Positions 47,452 through 57,983 are shown, counted from the first letter of the stretch. The stretch: DNA of 64,000 bases from an uncultured Alphaproteobacteria bacterium (GCA_944391725.1 CALXUQ010000002.1:3590-67589); one strand, 5' to 3'. Made by a program: numbers and translations. The notes: generated by a model not told the origin, from the letters alone.

Positions 47452-48893
47452 TATTTTCTCCAGAAACTGCGAGTAAAGATAACCAGAACAGTGAGAATAT
47501 CTAAACGTCCTAACAACATGGCAAAAGAAAGAATATATTTGCAGTAGGCACTCAAGCCGTAATAATTACCGTCGGGGCCGGTGATGGGACTAATGGAGGG
47601 GCCGGAGTTGGTTATGCAGGCAATGACCGAGCCGACGGCCGTTGGGAAGTCTAGTCCGGTGATGGCGATGAGAACACTTAGTATTAATAAACTAAATATA
47701 TAGGCGGAAAAAAACACAAATACCGAAATGACTAAGTTGTTGTCGCTGGATAAACGTCCGATTTTTATGGGAACAACTCGGTTGGGTTCAATGGCGGTTA
47801 TAAGCGATTTTTTTAGAAAAGCAATTACTACCTGCCAGCGGAAGACTTTGACGGAACCGGAGGTGGACCCCGTACAGCCGCCGGTTAGCGCAAAAATAAT
47901 GAAGATGGTAGAGGCAAATGCTCCCCATTTAAGATAGTCGGTAGTGACAAAGCCGGTCGAAGTGGTGATGGAAACAACATTAAATGAGGCATAGCGCAAA
48001 GCATCTACAAAATCGTATTTGCCGGTATAGACAAGCCAAAGGGCAGTTAAACCAACATAAAAGACCAAAAGTTTGAGGAAAAACCTGACTTGCTCAACTC
48101 GCAAAGAATTGGTGCTCTTGTTAATCAAAATGGTATGGTACAATGTGAGCGGAACAGCGCCTAAAATCATGAAAATCGTGATGGTGTAGTCGATTGCCGC
48201 ATTATCAAAGTAGCCAACGGAGGCGTCTTTGGTCGACATACCGCCGGTGGCAACCGTGGCCAAAGCATGGCAGAGGGCATCAAACCAACCCATGCCCGCT
48301 AAATATAAGCACAAAAGGCAACCAATGTTTAAGGCAATATAGATATAAATTATGCGCTTGGCTATATAACTGATTTTGGGCATGAGTTTGTCGTTGAAGT
48401 CGGAATTTTCGTGCTGGAATATCTGCATGCCGCCAATGCCTAAAAACGGCAGCATGGCGATGGCAAAGATGACTATCCCTATCCCTCCCAAGCCATTTAG
48501 AATTGCGCGCCAAAGCAAAATGGCCCGCGGGGTTTCATCAAGATTGGTAATGATGGTGGCGCCGGTGGTGCTGATCCCCGAAGATGCCTCAAAAATGGCA
48601 TCGGCCCAGTTATCTACCGTGCCATACATCATAAAAGGAATGGCGGCAATGAGGGTGACAGAAAACCAACTGACCACGGTTAATAAATAGCCTTGCTGAA
48701 GACTGACCCTGTCAATGCGGGTTTTGTTGGCTAAAAACATGGACATACCAAGGAAAAGGGCAATGATGGCCGAGGATAAAAACGGAGACCACGAAGTGTG
48801 GTTGTCATAGATATCTAAGGCCGCAGGGAAAAGCATGGCTAAGCCCAAAACGCTGATGAAATATCCACTTATCATTAAAACCGGTTGCCACAT
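47451..48893 (-). CDS. trkH: potassium transporter TrkH/KtrB family
   Basis: It is a polytopic protein with repeated M-P-M pore-like segments (GxSTTGAT, GGCTGSTSGS). Confidence 0.8.
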   Translation of the reverse strand: MWQPVLMISGYFISVLGLAMLFPAALDIYDNHTSWSPFLSSAIIALFLGMSMFLANKTRIDRVSLQQGYLLTVVSWFSVTLIAAIPFMMYGTVDNWADAIFEASSGISTTGATIITNLDETPRAILLWRAILNGLGGIGIVIFAIAMLPFLGIGGMQIFQHENSDFNDKLMPKISYIAKRIIYIYIALNIGCLLCLYLAGMGWFDALCHALATVATGGMSTKDASVGYFDNAAIDYTITIFMILGAVPLTLYHTILINKSTNSLRVEQVRFFLKLLVFYVGLTALWLVYTGKYDFVDALRYASFNVVSITTSTGFVTTDYLKWGAFASTIFIIFALTGGCTGSTSGSVKVFRWQVVIAFLKKSLITAIEPNRVVPIKIGRLSSDNNLVISVFVFFSAYIFSLLILSVLIAITGLDFPTAVGSVIACITNSGPSISPITGPDGNYYGLSAYCKYILSFAMLLGRLDILTVLVIFTRSFWRK

Positions 48894-48923
48894 ATCTTTT
48901 CCCCTAAATTGGAGTGAGGTTAG

Positions 48924-49817
48924 TTACAGCGCAACATTTTGCGAGATGCCATTGTTGACCAGAGTGTGGTTGATGCTGATTTTGCGAACATAGCACATTC
49001 CGGTGGCAATTCCTTGTTTGGTATAGGCTTCAATGGTACAATTGACGGGGTCATTGCCGATAAAGTTTTGCAAAAATTCTTTGCCTACAGTCCCTTCTCT
49101 GCTGTTGGGATTGACATATATGCCAAACAAGAAGATGTCGTTGCCGTTGATGATGATTTCGTTGGCGCTGACGACATAGGCTTCCCCACTGATTTCTTGC
49201 GGAGTGTTGAGGTAGATTAAATCTAGATTACGTTGTTTGGCTTTGGCAACGGTGGATGAGGTTTCGGCTTGCTCGGGTTGAGATGTTTCAGACGTGGCCT
49301 CGGTTTCAACGGTCGGTGCCAGATGGTCAGCAAGCGGTTCGGCCGCAAATTTCGGAGCTTGTGGTTGGTTTTGTTGCGACATAATATCTATGCTGAGCGG
49401 AGCTTCGGAATTTTTGGCTTTTTCGAAAATTTGACGGCGAATTTCTTGCTCTTTGGTATAGTCGTCGGAGAGTTGCTCTTGTGGTGCGGAGTCAGATGAG
49501 GGCATAATCTTGTTTTTGAGCTCGCTCATATCGGGAATTGTGAAGTTTGCGCTTTGCACCAATTCTTTGCTCTTGCTGACAATTTGCTCACTAACCGGAT
49601 TAAACCAGCCTTTTATCTTGTTCCAATACCAAATATGCACTTCGGTGGGACGAGCGCCGATAAAAGTGGGAATTAAATACATCAAAATCAAAAGCGGAAT
49701 GGCAATGTAGGGTTTGCGCAACGGCCAGAGCACAAACATTACGGTCTTGTGCAGAAAGCCTAGCAGTCCTTTGCTGGTTGTGATGTCGTCTTGGCGTGAT
49801 TTGCTTTGTTTTCTCAT
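48924..49817 (-). CDS. hypothetical membrane-anchored protein with acidic linker and C-terminal SNase-like/OB-fold region
   Basis: It has an N-terminal TM, an E/Q/P/T-rich linker and a C-terminal ~110 aa (EAYVVSANEIIINGNDIFLFGIYVNP...) reminiscent of thermonuclease-fold proteins. Catalytic residues are not verifiable by eye. Confidence 0.45.
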   Translation of the reverse strand: MRKQSKSRQDDITTSKGLLGFLHKTVMFVLWPLRKPYIAIPLLILMYLIPTFIGARPTEVHIWYWNKIKGWFNPVSEQIVSKSKELVQSANFTIPDMSELKNKIMPSSDSAPQEQLSDDYTKEQEIRRQIFEKAKNSEAPLSIDIMSQQNQPQAPKFAAEPLADHLAPTVETEATSETSQPEQAETSSTVAKAKQRNLDLIYLNTPQEISGEAYVVSANEIIINGNDIFLFGIYVNPNSREGTVGKEFLQNFIGNDPVNCTIEAYTKQGIATGMCYVRKISINHTLVNNGISQNVAL

Positions 49818-50130
49818 CGGTGTATTCCGTATTTTTGATGTATCTTAAATATGGTTTAGTTTTGAAAATTCTATTGCTTTTACTCCAATTTCTCAAGAGA
49901 AAAATTTTTTGGCAAAATTTTGTTGACATTATGACAAAGTAGTGTTAACAAAGAGTTATCTTTTGTACAATTATTGAAATTATGATGTGGAAACTAAAAA
50001 TTTATATGCTGAGGCATTTTTTTACTTTCCATGATAAGATATTTTCTTTTGTCATACTTAATTATGAAAAATTATAATCGCTAATGTAGTCAATCATACT
50101 GTAAGTTTTAATTTTTTCATAGCGTTAGAA

Positions 50131-50168
50131 AAGTCAGTGTTGTGAAACACTGGCTTTTCGCCTTTTAA
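50131..50168 (-). terminator. terminator hairpin downstream of the DHH gene (AGTCAGTGTTgtgaAACACTGGCT)
   Basis: A stem-loop is flanked by A and T runs immediately 3' of the gene ending at 50183. Confidence 0.55.
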
Positions 50169-50182
50169 AGCGTGGGTTTATT

Positions 50183-51067
50183 TTAAGATTGTCGGTCTGC
50201 AAAACTCCAAGGTTTGCCATGTTGTAAAAAGTCGGGAAGTTCTTTTAAGTTAGAGGCTCCGGCGGCTCCTTTATGTCCGCCTCCCCCAAAGGTGGCGGCG
50301 ATTTTGGAGGCATCGGCATCGGGGTGGTTGGAATAAAAGGTTAGATTCCATCCGCCTTTGCGGTTCTTGTAGAAATTGACCAAAATTTGATAATCAGACA
50401 AATTCTCCAGCGAATCGAAAAATTCGGAGTAACCTTGGGCCATATTTGAGCAGACGCATTTATACCCCATTACCTCACTCTCAAAAGCCATGGAACGCAC
50501 CAAGCGGTAGTTGCGAATCTTTATCCAAGACAATATAGCCTCACCTTTCTCAACCATGGCGGGGATATCAATCTCGTTATTAAACAATTTTTTCCAATTT
50601 TCATCTTCAGGACGGTTAACACCCAGTGACTGAAAGGCATATTCAAAAGGTCGGACCCGCTCGTCGCGCAAGTCAAAAATATCGTTTAAGCCTAAAAGTT
50701 TAACGCCTAGCGGTGCTTCTTTCTCGGGATGAAAATACTCCCAGGTCAGCATGATGGCGGCAGTGCCGGAACGTCTCAAGCCTTTGATTGGTTTATATTT
50801 TCCGGTTGCCATATGTTCATCATATTCCTTAATCACAGAAATGTGGTGGTCAATCCAGGTGAAGTCTTTGGTGGCACTTAGTTCAAACATTAAATCAATC
50901 GGAAGAGCAATGTCACAGACAATGATCTTATCGTGTTTTGTTATCTCTTCCAAGGGAAGTTCCATGTCATGATTAAGACCTAAGCACTTAATTTCGGGAT
51001 AAATGCTTTTGACAATTGCTGCCGAGCCTTTACCATCGTGGTCGGCAATGTGGTATATGCATAACAT
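50183..51067 (-). CDS. DHH/DHHA1 family phosphoesterase (NrnA-like nanoRNase/pAp phosphatase)
   Basis: It has the DHH motif HIADHDG near the N-terminus, DHH (WIDHH) and the DHHA1 GGGH motif (FGGGGHKGAAGA). Confidence 0.7.
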   Translation of the reverse strand: MLCIYHIADHDGKGSAAIVKSIYPEIKCLGLNHDMELPLEEITKHDKIIVCDIALPIDLMFELSATKDFTWIDHHISVIKEYDEHMATGKYKPIKGLRRSGTAAIMLTWEYFHPEKEAPLGVKLLGLNDIFDLRDERVRPFEYAFQSLGVNRPEDENWKKLFNNEIDIPAMVEKGEAILSWIKIRNYRLVRSMAFESEVMGYKCVCSNMAQGYSEFFDSLENLSDYQILVNFYKNRKGGWNLTFYSNHPDADASKIAATFGGGGHKGAAGASNLKELPDFLQHGKPWSFADRQS

Positions 51068-51087
51068 TGATTTCTTCTCCTTACTCT

Positions 51088-51873
51088 CTAAAACTCGACA
51101 ATCAGATTATCATAAGCCGGACGAACATAGTCCGGAGTTAATTGGTTGACATTATCATAGTCACATTCGTTTGTCATGTGATTAATCAAAACTTTTTGCG
51201 GTTTAATTTGCTCAATCACGGCCATTATCTCATCTAATCCGGCGTGTTGGACCTCGCCTTTAATGGTGGTGAGAGGAATGGTCATCAGTTTGGGCTGTTT
51301 TGGTATCATTTTGTAGGCACTGCCGGCTAAAGACTTGAAATCGGCAATATGTACATACTCACCATCATCAAAAACATAGCCCAAGCACTCGGGGCAATGG
51401 TCCTTGAGTTTTATCGGCGTAATCTTAACCCCTTTGATGTAAAACGGGTGGTTGGGTTTGACAATATTGGGCACTAAACTCGGACGGCGCATGACATTGT
51501 TGGTCTTTTTGACGGTGGCAATCAGATATTCAAATCTTCTTTTAATGGCCTTATAGGTTAGTTTTCCGGCGTAAAAGTTGAGGCTTTGGCGGCTGATGCG
51601 GTTAATTTCACGCAGGTCATCAATGCCGTGCAAATGGTCGGCATGAGAATGAGTATACAAAACACCGTCAATGTTGCGAATGTTTTGATTAATCAACTGC
51701 GTACGCAAATCCGGACTGGTGTCTATCAGCAGTTTTACTCCGTTATACTCTAAGTAAGTTGTAGTTCTTAATCTATTATTTTTTAAGTTTTCGGGATTGC
51801 AGTCGCCCCAGCCGCGGCCTAAAGACGGAACGCCCATGGCTGCTCCGCAACCCAAAATAATCAGTCGGTTCAT
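51088..51873 (-). CDS. MBL-fold metallo-hydrolase (PhnP/ElaC-like)
   Basis: The HxHxDH motif YTHSHADHLHGID is present. Confidence 0.7.
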   Translation of the reverse strand: MNRLIILGCGAAMGVPSLGRGWGDCNPENLKNNRLRTTTYLEYNGVKLLIDTSPDLRTQLINQNIRNIDGVLYTHSHADHLHGIDDLREINRISRQSLNFYAGKLTYKAIKRRFEYLIATVKKTNNVMRRPSLVPNIVKPNHPFYIKGVKITPIKLKDHCPECLGYVFDDGEYVHIADFKSLAGSAYKMIPKQPKLMTIPLTTIKGEVQHAGLDEIMAVIEQIKPQKVLINHMTNECDYDNVNQLTPDYVRPAYDNLIVEF

Positions 51874-52667
51874 TTATAATCGTACCTCCCCTTGTCGCTG
51901 GCTTTGCGAAACAGATTGTGAAAATTGTCAGAGGTGATTTGCGCCAGCTTTTCAAACGGAATTTCCTTGAGCTGGGCTAATCTCTCGGCCGTGTAGCGCA
52001 CGTAAGACGGTTCGTTGCGGCGGCCACGCATCGGAATTGGAGCCAAAAACGGAGAATCGGTTTCGACCAATAATCTATCCAGCGGAATATCCTTAAAAAT
52101 TTCTCTTAATTCGCCGGATTTGTTAAAGGTAATTATACCCGATGCCGAAATATAAAAACCTATCGACAAAGCAAATTCGGCTAATTTGCGCGAGGTGCTA
52201 AAACAATGTATCTCGCCGGTGAAGGGTTTTTGGTTATAGTGCTCTTTTAGAATGGCAATTGTATCATCGTCGGCATCTCTGGTATGAATAATCAGAGGCA
52301 AGCCGGTTTCTTGAGCGGCAATAATCTGCTCGACAAAAACTCGGTGCTGAACATCTTTGGGGGAGTAGTCATAGTAGTAGTCGAGCCCACATTCGCCAAT
52401 CCCGACGACCTTCTTGTGCTTTGATTTTTCGATAAAGTCTTGAGCCTTAATGTCAGGATATTCGGCGGCATTATGCGGGTGAACGCCAACAGCGGTATAG
52501 ATAAACGGGTAAGTTTCGGACAACTCTAACTGCCCTTCAAGCTCGTTGATATTGTTGCCGGCATTGAGCATGGCCGTGACGCCGGCCTCTCGGGCGCGGG
52601 TGAGAATGTCTTCAAAATCTTCGTCAAAATCATTAAAATCTAAGTGACAATGGCTGTCAATTAACAT
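51870..52667 (-). CDS. tatD: TatD family metal-dependent deoxyribonuclease
   Basis: It has MLIDSHCHLDFNDF and the conserved His/Glu/Asp set (IHTRDA..., FSTSRK, VETDSPF). Confidence 0.8.
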   Translation of the reverse strand: MLIDSHCHLDFNDFDEDFEDILTRAREAGVTAMLNAGNNINELEGQLELSETYPFIYTAVGVHPHNAAEYPDIKAQDFIEKSKHKKVVGIGECGLDYYYDYSPKDVQHRVFVEQIIAAQETGLPLIIHTRDADDDTIAILKEHYNQKPFTGEIHCFSTSRKLAEFALSIGFYISASGIITFNKSGELREIFKDIPLDRLLVETDSPFLAPIPMRGRRNEPSYVRYTAERLAQLKEIPFEKLAQITSDNFHNLFRKASDKGRYDYK

Positions 52668-53724
52668 TACTTATCCTTTTATTAAAATTAGTGATGATGC
52701 TTAATAGGGCTTGTTTTTTATCGAGGTTGAGACTATCGGTTTCGCTAAAAATTTTGATGCTGTCTTCCCAACTTTGGGCCAGAGCTTCAACATCTCCTAC
52801 CTCGTGCATAAGTTGGCGATATAGTTTCAAAATCAGACTTTCGACCAGATAGTAGGTGTCTTCATCTTGAACGGCAGAATCGCAAAAACTCAATAGTTCG
52901 CTGAGTTTGAATTTGCTCCCGGAGGTGACTAGTTTTTTGAGCTTTTCATACTGTTCAACGGCATTGTTATCGGCATAGTTTAAGGCTTGGCCGATGCTGC
53001 CGGAGCTAATGCCAATCAGGCTTTTAACTGCGGCTTCGGAAAGTGTGGGACGATAGCGCCGCAACAAACTGCCCAGGTTGGAATCGCTCAAGGGTTTGAG
53101 GAGAATTTTGGCACAACGCGACTTGATGGTCGGCAAAAGACGGTTGGGGTTGTGCGAAATTAGTATCATCACCGTTTTATACGGCGGCTCTTCCAAAATC
53201 TTTAAGATGGCGTTGGCGCTGGCGGTGTTCATGTCATCAATACTATCAATTATCACTACGCGCCAGCCGTCTTGTGAGGAGCGCTTGGATAAAAACTCGT
53301 TGATGGTTCTGACATCATCAACCCTGATGAAGGCTGAGCGTTTCAGCCCTTGGAGTTCCTCTTGAGAAAGCGCCTCCCCGTCTTTGATGGCTTTCAAAAT
53401 CTTGCGGCGGTCGGTGTCGGTGTAATCGCGTTCAATGATTTTTAAGTCGGGATGCGAATTTTGTGAAACCAGCTTAAAAATTTGATTATCCTTACCAATA
53501 TTCAAACTAGTATATTCATCGGCTTTACCAGCATCGGCAGATAGTAAAAAACGGGCAAAGCGGTAGGCTAATGTGGCTTTGCCAATTCCCTCAATGCCTG
53601 AGAACAGCAAAGAATTGTGCAAGGAGTTGTGCTTCCAAGCATCTAGCAAAAACTGCTCGGCTTCTTCGTGTCCTAAAAGATAGTCGTTATCGCGCGGGGA
53701 TATATTAACGGCGTCTTCGGGCAT
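52657..53724 (-). CDS. holB: DNA polymerase III subunit delta'
   Basis: It has the AAA+ P-loop-like GIEGIGKATLA and a clamp-loader C-terminus. Its position upstream of tmk is conserved in proteobacteria. Confidence 0.75.
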   Translation of the reverse strand: MPEDAVNISPRDNDYLLGHEEAEQFLLDAWKHNSLHNSLLFSGIEGIGKATLAYRFARFLLSADAGKADEYTSLNIGKDNQIFKLVSQNSHPDLKIIERDYTDTDRRKILKAIKDGEALSQEELQGLKRSAFIRVDDVRTINEFLSKRSSQDGWRVVIIDSIDDMNTASANAILKILEEPPYKTVMILISHNPNRLLPTIKSRCAKILLKPLSDSNLGSLLRRYRPTLSEAAVKSLIGISSGSIGQALNYADNNAVEQYEKLKKLVTSGSKFKLSELLSFCDSAVQDEDTYYLVESLILKLYRQLMHEVGDVEALAQSWEDSIKIFSETDSLNLDKKQALLSIITNFNKRISNVN

Positions 53725-54380
53725 TAGCTTAGCTTAAACCTTTCGTTGATGGCGTTGACTACGTCTTGATGCAGTTCTTCGATGCTTTTGTCGGCATTTA
53801 ACACTACAAAGCGTTCCGGCGCGGCGGCGGCCATTTCAAGATAGCCGGCCCTCATATGATTATGAAAATTGAGTTCGCGGCTTTCAAAACGTGTTTCTTT
53901 GACAGTCATACCGGAGGCTTTTTGCAGAGAACGTGCCAGACCAATTTGGGGGTCAATATCCAACAAAATTGTTAAATCGGGCTTAAAATGGCCGACAGTT
54001 AAGTTATATAACTGTTCCAGCACGCTTTTATCGACTCTTTTTTCGTAGCCGTAATACTGATAAGCCATGGTCGAATCGGCAAAGCGGTCGCTTAAAACCC
54101 ACTCGCCGTTTTCTAAGGCCGGCCAAATTTTGTTAACCAGATGCACACGACGGTCGGCATAATATAGCAGAGCCTCGGCAATGGGGTCAAATTTGTTCTT
54201 GTCGCCGCAGACTAGGAGTTTTCTTAGCTCTAAGCCAACCGGAGTGCCTCCGGGTTCTTTGGTTTGGATGTTGCGAATATGCTTGGAACTCAGATAGTCG
54301 GCCAGCAACTTTAGCTGTGTGGATTTTCCGGTCCCCTCGCCGCCTTCAAAGGTGATGAAATATCCGAGTTTCTTGCTCAT
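53724..54380 (-). CDS. tmk: thymidylate kinase
   Basis: FITFEGGEGTGKST (P-loop) and the DR(F/Y) lid are present. The start is at the RBS-preceded Met (54380). Confidence 0.85.
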   Translation of the reverse strand: MSKKLGYFITFEGGEGTGKSTQLKLLADYLSSKHIRNIQTKEPGGTPVGLELRKLLVCGDKNKFDPIAEALLYYADRRVHLVNKIWPALENGEWVLSDRFADSTMAYQYYGYEKRVDKSVLEQLYNLTVGHFKPDLTILLDIDPQIGLARSLQKASGMTVKETRFESRELNFHNHMRAGYLEMAAAAPERFVVLNADKSIEELHQDVVNAINERFKLS

Positions 54381-54381
54381 C

Positions 54382-55539
54382 TTAGATTTCTCCAAACAAC
54401 AGATAGCGCAAGTTTGCCATAAGGCGGCCAAAGAAACCGAGTTTTTCCACATTACGGTCGGAGGTCAGCGGAATTTCAAAATTGCCTTGTCCGGGAATGT
54501 CGACTTTAATTACGCCCAGTTTATCGCCCTTTTTGATGGGAGCAGATACCGGTTTGTCATAGACGGCAGTCATTTTGATTTTATTGACACTACTTTTCTT
54601 TAAAGTACGACGGATGTCATGGTCGACAATAAGCTTTATGTTATTCTCATCGCCCTGCCAAACCGGAATTTCGGCAATGACTTGGTCTTTTTTGAACAAG
54701 GTGTAGTTAGAAAACTCTCTAAAGCCCCAGTTTATCAGCTTTTCGGCTTCTTCGGAGCGTTCTTTGTTACTCTTTAGTCCGGCCATAACACTAATCAAAC
54801 GGCGATTATCTTTTTTGGCTGAAGCAACCAGGCAAAAACCGGCTTCTGCGGTGTGTCCGGTTTTTAGGCCGTCGGCGTTGGGCATACTATACAAAAGCGG
54901 ATTGCGGTTGCCTTGTTTGATGTTGTTGTGGGTGAAGTTTTGCTCTGAGAATATGTGATAATATTCGGGGAATTGTGAGATGATAATGCGAGCCAGCTTG
55001 GCTAAGTCTTCTACCGACATGAGCTGGTCGGGGTGCGGCCAACCGGTGGAGTTGGCAAAGGAACTGTGGGTTAGTCCCAACTGACGGGCTTTTTTCTGCA
55101 TATCGGCGGCAAAATCTTCCTCGCTTCCGGACAAGTTTTCGGCAGCAACGATGCAGGCATCGTTACCGGACTGGACAATGATACCTTGGATTAAGTCGCG
55201 GACGGGAACTTTTTCGCCAATTTTTAGGAACATGGTCGAACTACCGCTGGCGGCGCCGCCTTTTCTCCAGGCATTTTCGCTGACCGTGAAAGTGTCATCA
55301 AGCGACAAAGAGCCATCTTTTAATTTTTCAAAAATCATATAAATGGTCATCAGCTTGCTCATGGAAGCCGGCGGAATCATTTTCTGGTGGTCTTTGGTAT
55401 AGAGGTACTGACCGGTTTCATAATCCATCACCAAAACATTTTTGGCCGTGGTTTCAATGGCGTTGGCGGCGCGGATTCCGGCAAATAAAACTCCGGAAGC
55501 TAACAATGTGCTCAAGTATAATTTTTTGTTTAGTATCAT
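54382..55539 (-). CDS. D-alanyl-D-alanine carboxypeptidase (PBP5/6 family, peptidase S11)
   Basis: It has a signal peptide, SMSKLMT (SxxK), SGN and KTG motifs. Confidence 0.8.
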   Translation of the reverse strand: MILNKKLYLSTLLASGVLFAGIRAANAIETTAKNVLVMDYETGQYLYTKDHQKMIPPASMSKLMTIYMIFEKLKDGSLSLDDTFTVSENAWRKGGAASGSSTMFLKIGEKVPVRDLIQGIIVQSGNDACIVAAENLSGSEEDFAADMQKKARQLGLTHSSFANSTGWPHPDQLMSVEDLAKLARIIISQFPEYYHIFSEQNFTHNNIKQGNRNPLLYSMPNADGLKTGHTAEAGFCLVASAKKDNRRLISVMAGLKSNKERSEEAEKLINWGFREFSNYTLFKKDQVIAEIPVWQGDENNIKLIVDHDIRRTLKKSSVNKIKMTAVYDKPVSAPIKKGDKLGVIKVDIPGQGNFEIPLTSDRNVEKLGFFGRLMANLRYLLFGEI

Positions 55540-55556
55540 TTTTCCCTCTTTATTTT

Positions 55557-56390
55557 TTAGTCCTTGATTACGGCAGCTCCGGCAACGCCGAAGTTTTCAA
55601 TTTGAGCCAGTGCTTTCTTGGCATCGGCCTCGCAAGTGTAGGGCCCCATACGTACGCGATAGTAACGATTGCCGTTGACATCGGCGGGTGTGGTGCTGAT
55701 GGTGCCAAAGCGGGTGAGCTTGTTGGTCAAATTGTCGGCCACTTCACGACTGCTGAAAGCTCCGGCTTGCACAAAATATTGCCCCGAGTTGCCGGTGCTG
55801 GTTTTGCGCAATGGAATGGTATTGTTGGTTCTAACCGGCTCTTGAAGTGCTAATTTGGTTTCGGTTTTGTTTAAGATTGCTTCTTTGAGTTCTTTGCTCT
55901 CATCTTCCATTATCTCAACTCTGACTTTGGCGGTTCCTTGGTTTTGGAAGCCTAAAAGCTGGGCGCCGCGTTTGGAAATATCAATAATGCGGTTTTTGGC
56001 AAAGGGGCCGCGGTCGTTAACTCTTAAAACCAGGGAACGTCCGTTTTCAAGATTGGTTACACGCACGATTGACGGTAATGGTAATGTGCGGTGCGCGGCG
56101 GTCAGGGTGTTCATATTATAGACTTCACCATTGGCGGTGTATTTGGCGTGAAAATCTTCGCCATACCAAGAGGCGGTACCGACTTCGCTATAATCATAGT
56201 CTTCGGCAGGATAATACCACTGGCCGTTTATCTTGTAGGGTTTGCCAACTTTATAGCTGCTGCCTTTGGCACTGAAAATGGAGCGTTGTGACTGCTCGCC
56301 CAGATTCAATCTATCTGAGACACAACCTGAAAGCAAAAGCAAACCGACAGCTATCAGCGGTGTGAACAAGTGTTGTTTGGTTAAGTTCAT
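55557..56390 (-). CDS. rlpA: septal ring lytic transglycosylase RlpA family lipoprotein (DPBB plus C-terminal SPOR domain)
   Basis: It has a lipobox (LLSGC), the DPBB core (GTASWYGEDFHAKYTANGEVYNMNTLTAAHRTLPLPS...VNDRGPF) and a SPOR-like C-terminus (YFVQAGAFSSREVADNL...YRVRMGPY). Confidence 0.8.
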   Translation of the reverse strand: MNLTKQHLFTPLIAVGLLLLSGCVSDRLNLGEQSQRSIFSAKGSSYKVGKPYKINGQWYYPAEDYDYSEVGTASWYGEDFHAKYTANGEVYNMNTLTAAHRTLPLPSIVRVTNLENGRSLVLRVNDRGPFAKNRIIDISKRGAQLLGFQNQGTAKVRVEIMEDESKELKEAILNKTETKLALQEPVRTNNTIPLRKTSTGNSGQYFVQAGAFSSREVADNLTNKLTRFGTISTTPADVNGNRYYRVRMGPYTCEADAKKALAQIENFGVAGAAVIKD

Positions 56391-56459
56391 TTATGATATT
56401 CCATATTTATCTTTAATTTGTTTGTTAATTTATACTCTTTTTACTCATTCGTAAAGAGA

Positions 56460-57740
56460 TTATCTTTTCTTGTGTAATTTTCGGTCAGGAACCGGAACGG
56501 CAAAGCCAATTTCGGGATTATAATTATTGATTTTGTTTAATAAATTATAATCGGGATAGCCATCGGCCGGAAGTTTGGCCAAGGCTTGAACCTTCTTAAT
56601 TTCTTCCCTGGTTTGATGACCGAGTTTGCCATCTTCGGCAATGTTGCTGCCAATCAATCGATTGATAAAGGCCTGAACTTTGGTGATGTCATCAGTTTTG
56701 AGCCGGGTGGCGGGAGCTTGTTGGATGGCCTGCCATTTTTTGCCGGTCTTTATATAGTCGGCCAAAAGCCCAATGGCCAGAGCATAATTCTCGGAGCGAT
56801 TCCATTTCATTATCAGCCAGAAATTATCCAGCACCAAGTAAGCGCGACCTTTGCGGCCGTCGGGAAGTAAAATGGTGGCTTGCCAGTCCGAATTGAGCGG
56901 AAGTTTCTTGTTGCCTAGGGTTCTTACTCCGATTTTTTGCCATTCTTTAACGGTTTTCTTATGTCCCTTCCCGCTTTGGGCAAAATCAAAATTCCAGGGC
57001 AAGCTTACTTCCATACCCCAAGGTTGATCTTTATTCCAACCTATGGAATGTAGATAATTGGCGGCGGAGGCAGCGGCGTCTTCAAATGAGTGCCAGATAT
57101 CAATTTTGCCATCGCCGTTATAGTCAACCGCATAGGCATTGAAGGTGGAAGGAATAAACTGGTAGTGTCCCATGGCGCCGGCCCAAGAGCCAACCATACG
57201 TTCGGGCTCAATTTGAGTCTGATCCAAGATCTTGAAGGCGTTGTACAACTGTTCCCGGAAAAATTTGGCGCGGCGTTTATCATAGCTTAACTGCGTGAGA
57301 GAGCCAATAACCGAAAAATTGCCATAATTACTGCCGTAGTTGGTTTCGGCACCCCAAAAGGCGACCAAATATTCCGGCTGGACTCCGTATTTGTCCTCAA
57401 TGTTTTTGAACAGAGGATATAATTTTTGATAGTTCTCGCGTCCCTTTTTGATACGCAGTGGGTGGACCATGCGGTTTAGGTATTCGGGTGAGGTCAAAAC
57501 AAACTCGGCTTGTTTGCGGTCAATGCGTACGACTTCCGGTGCGGGATGATAATAGTCGGTTTTTTCATAGGCTTTATCGATGGTGGTTTGAGAAATGCCG
57601 CGAGAGACCATATCGGCTTTCAAATCATTGAGCCAGAGGGTATAAGTATGGTGTTCCGGATCTTGCAATACGCTTGATGAGGCGCAACAAGATACCATCA
57701 GTGCAAATGAAAATGTGGTAAGTGTCAGTTTTATCTTCAT
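56460..57740 (-). CDS. mltB: lytic murein transglycosylase (MltB/Slt35 family) with C-terminal peptidoglycan-binding domain
   Basis: It has a lipobox and the MltB core (AFWGAETNYG...; catalytic Glu in ETN). The C-terminal PG-binding repeat is ...GKLGHQTREEIKKVQ. The start is set at the internal Met (57740). Confidence 0.75.
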   Translation of the reverse strand: MKIKLTLTTFSFALMVSCCASSSVLQDPEHHTYTLWLNDLKADMVSRGISQTTIDKAYEKTDYYHPAPEVVRIDRKQAEFVLTSPEYLNRMVHPLRIKKGRENYQKLYPLFKNIEDKYGVQPEYLVAFWGAETNYGSNYGNFSVIGSLTQLSYDKRRAKFFREQLYNAFKILDQTQIEPERMVGSWAGAMGHYQFIPSTFNAYAVDYNGDGKIDIWHSFEDAAASAANYLHSIGWNKDQPWGMEVSLPWNFDFAQSGKGHKKTVKEWQKIGVRTLGNKKLPLNSDWQATILLPDGRKGRAYLVLDNFWLIMKWNRSENYALAIGLLADYIKTGKKWQAIQQAPATRLKTDDITKVQAFINRLIGSNIAEDGKLGHQTREEIKKVQALAKLPADGYPDYNLLNKINNYNPEIGFAVPVPDRKLHKKR

Positions 57741-57889
57741 TCTCAAACCCCGTAATTTGAGTATATTATATTTGATAATGGTAAACAAATTTATAAAATT
57801 GCACTAATATTGATAAAATATAAAAATAGTTCTTGACCTTTTATTTGCTTTTGGGTAAAAAGGCGAAGTAAACCACACATACTAAGAGT

Positions 57890-57979
57890 GGAGAGGTGGC
57901 AGAGTGGTTTAATGCAGCGGTCTTGAAAACCGTCGAGGGGGCGACCCCTCCCAGAGTTCGAATCTCTGCCTCTCCGCCA
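57890..57979 (+). tRNA. tRNA-Ser (anticodon TGA), long variable arm, CCA encoded
   Basis: The acceptor is GGAGAGG/CCTCTCC, the anticodon loop CTTGAAA, the long extra arm CGAGGGGGCGACCCCTC and the T-arm CAGAG-TTCGAAT-CTCTG. Confidence 0.85.
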
Positions 57980-57983
57980 TTAT

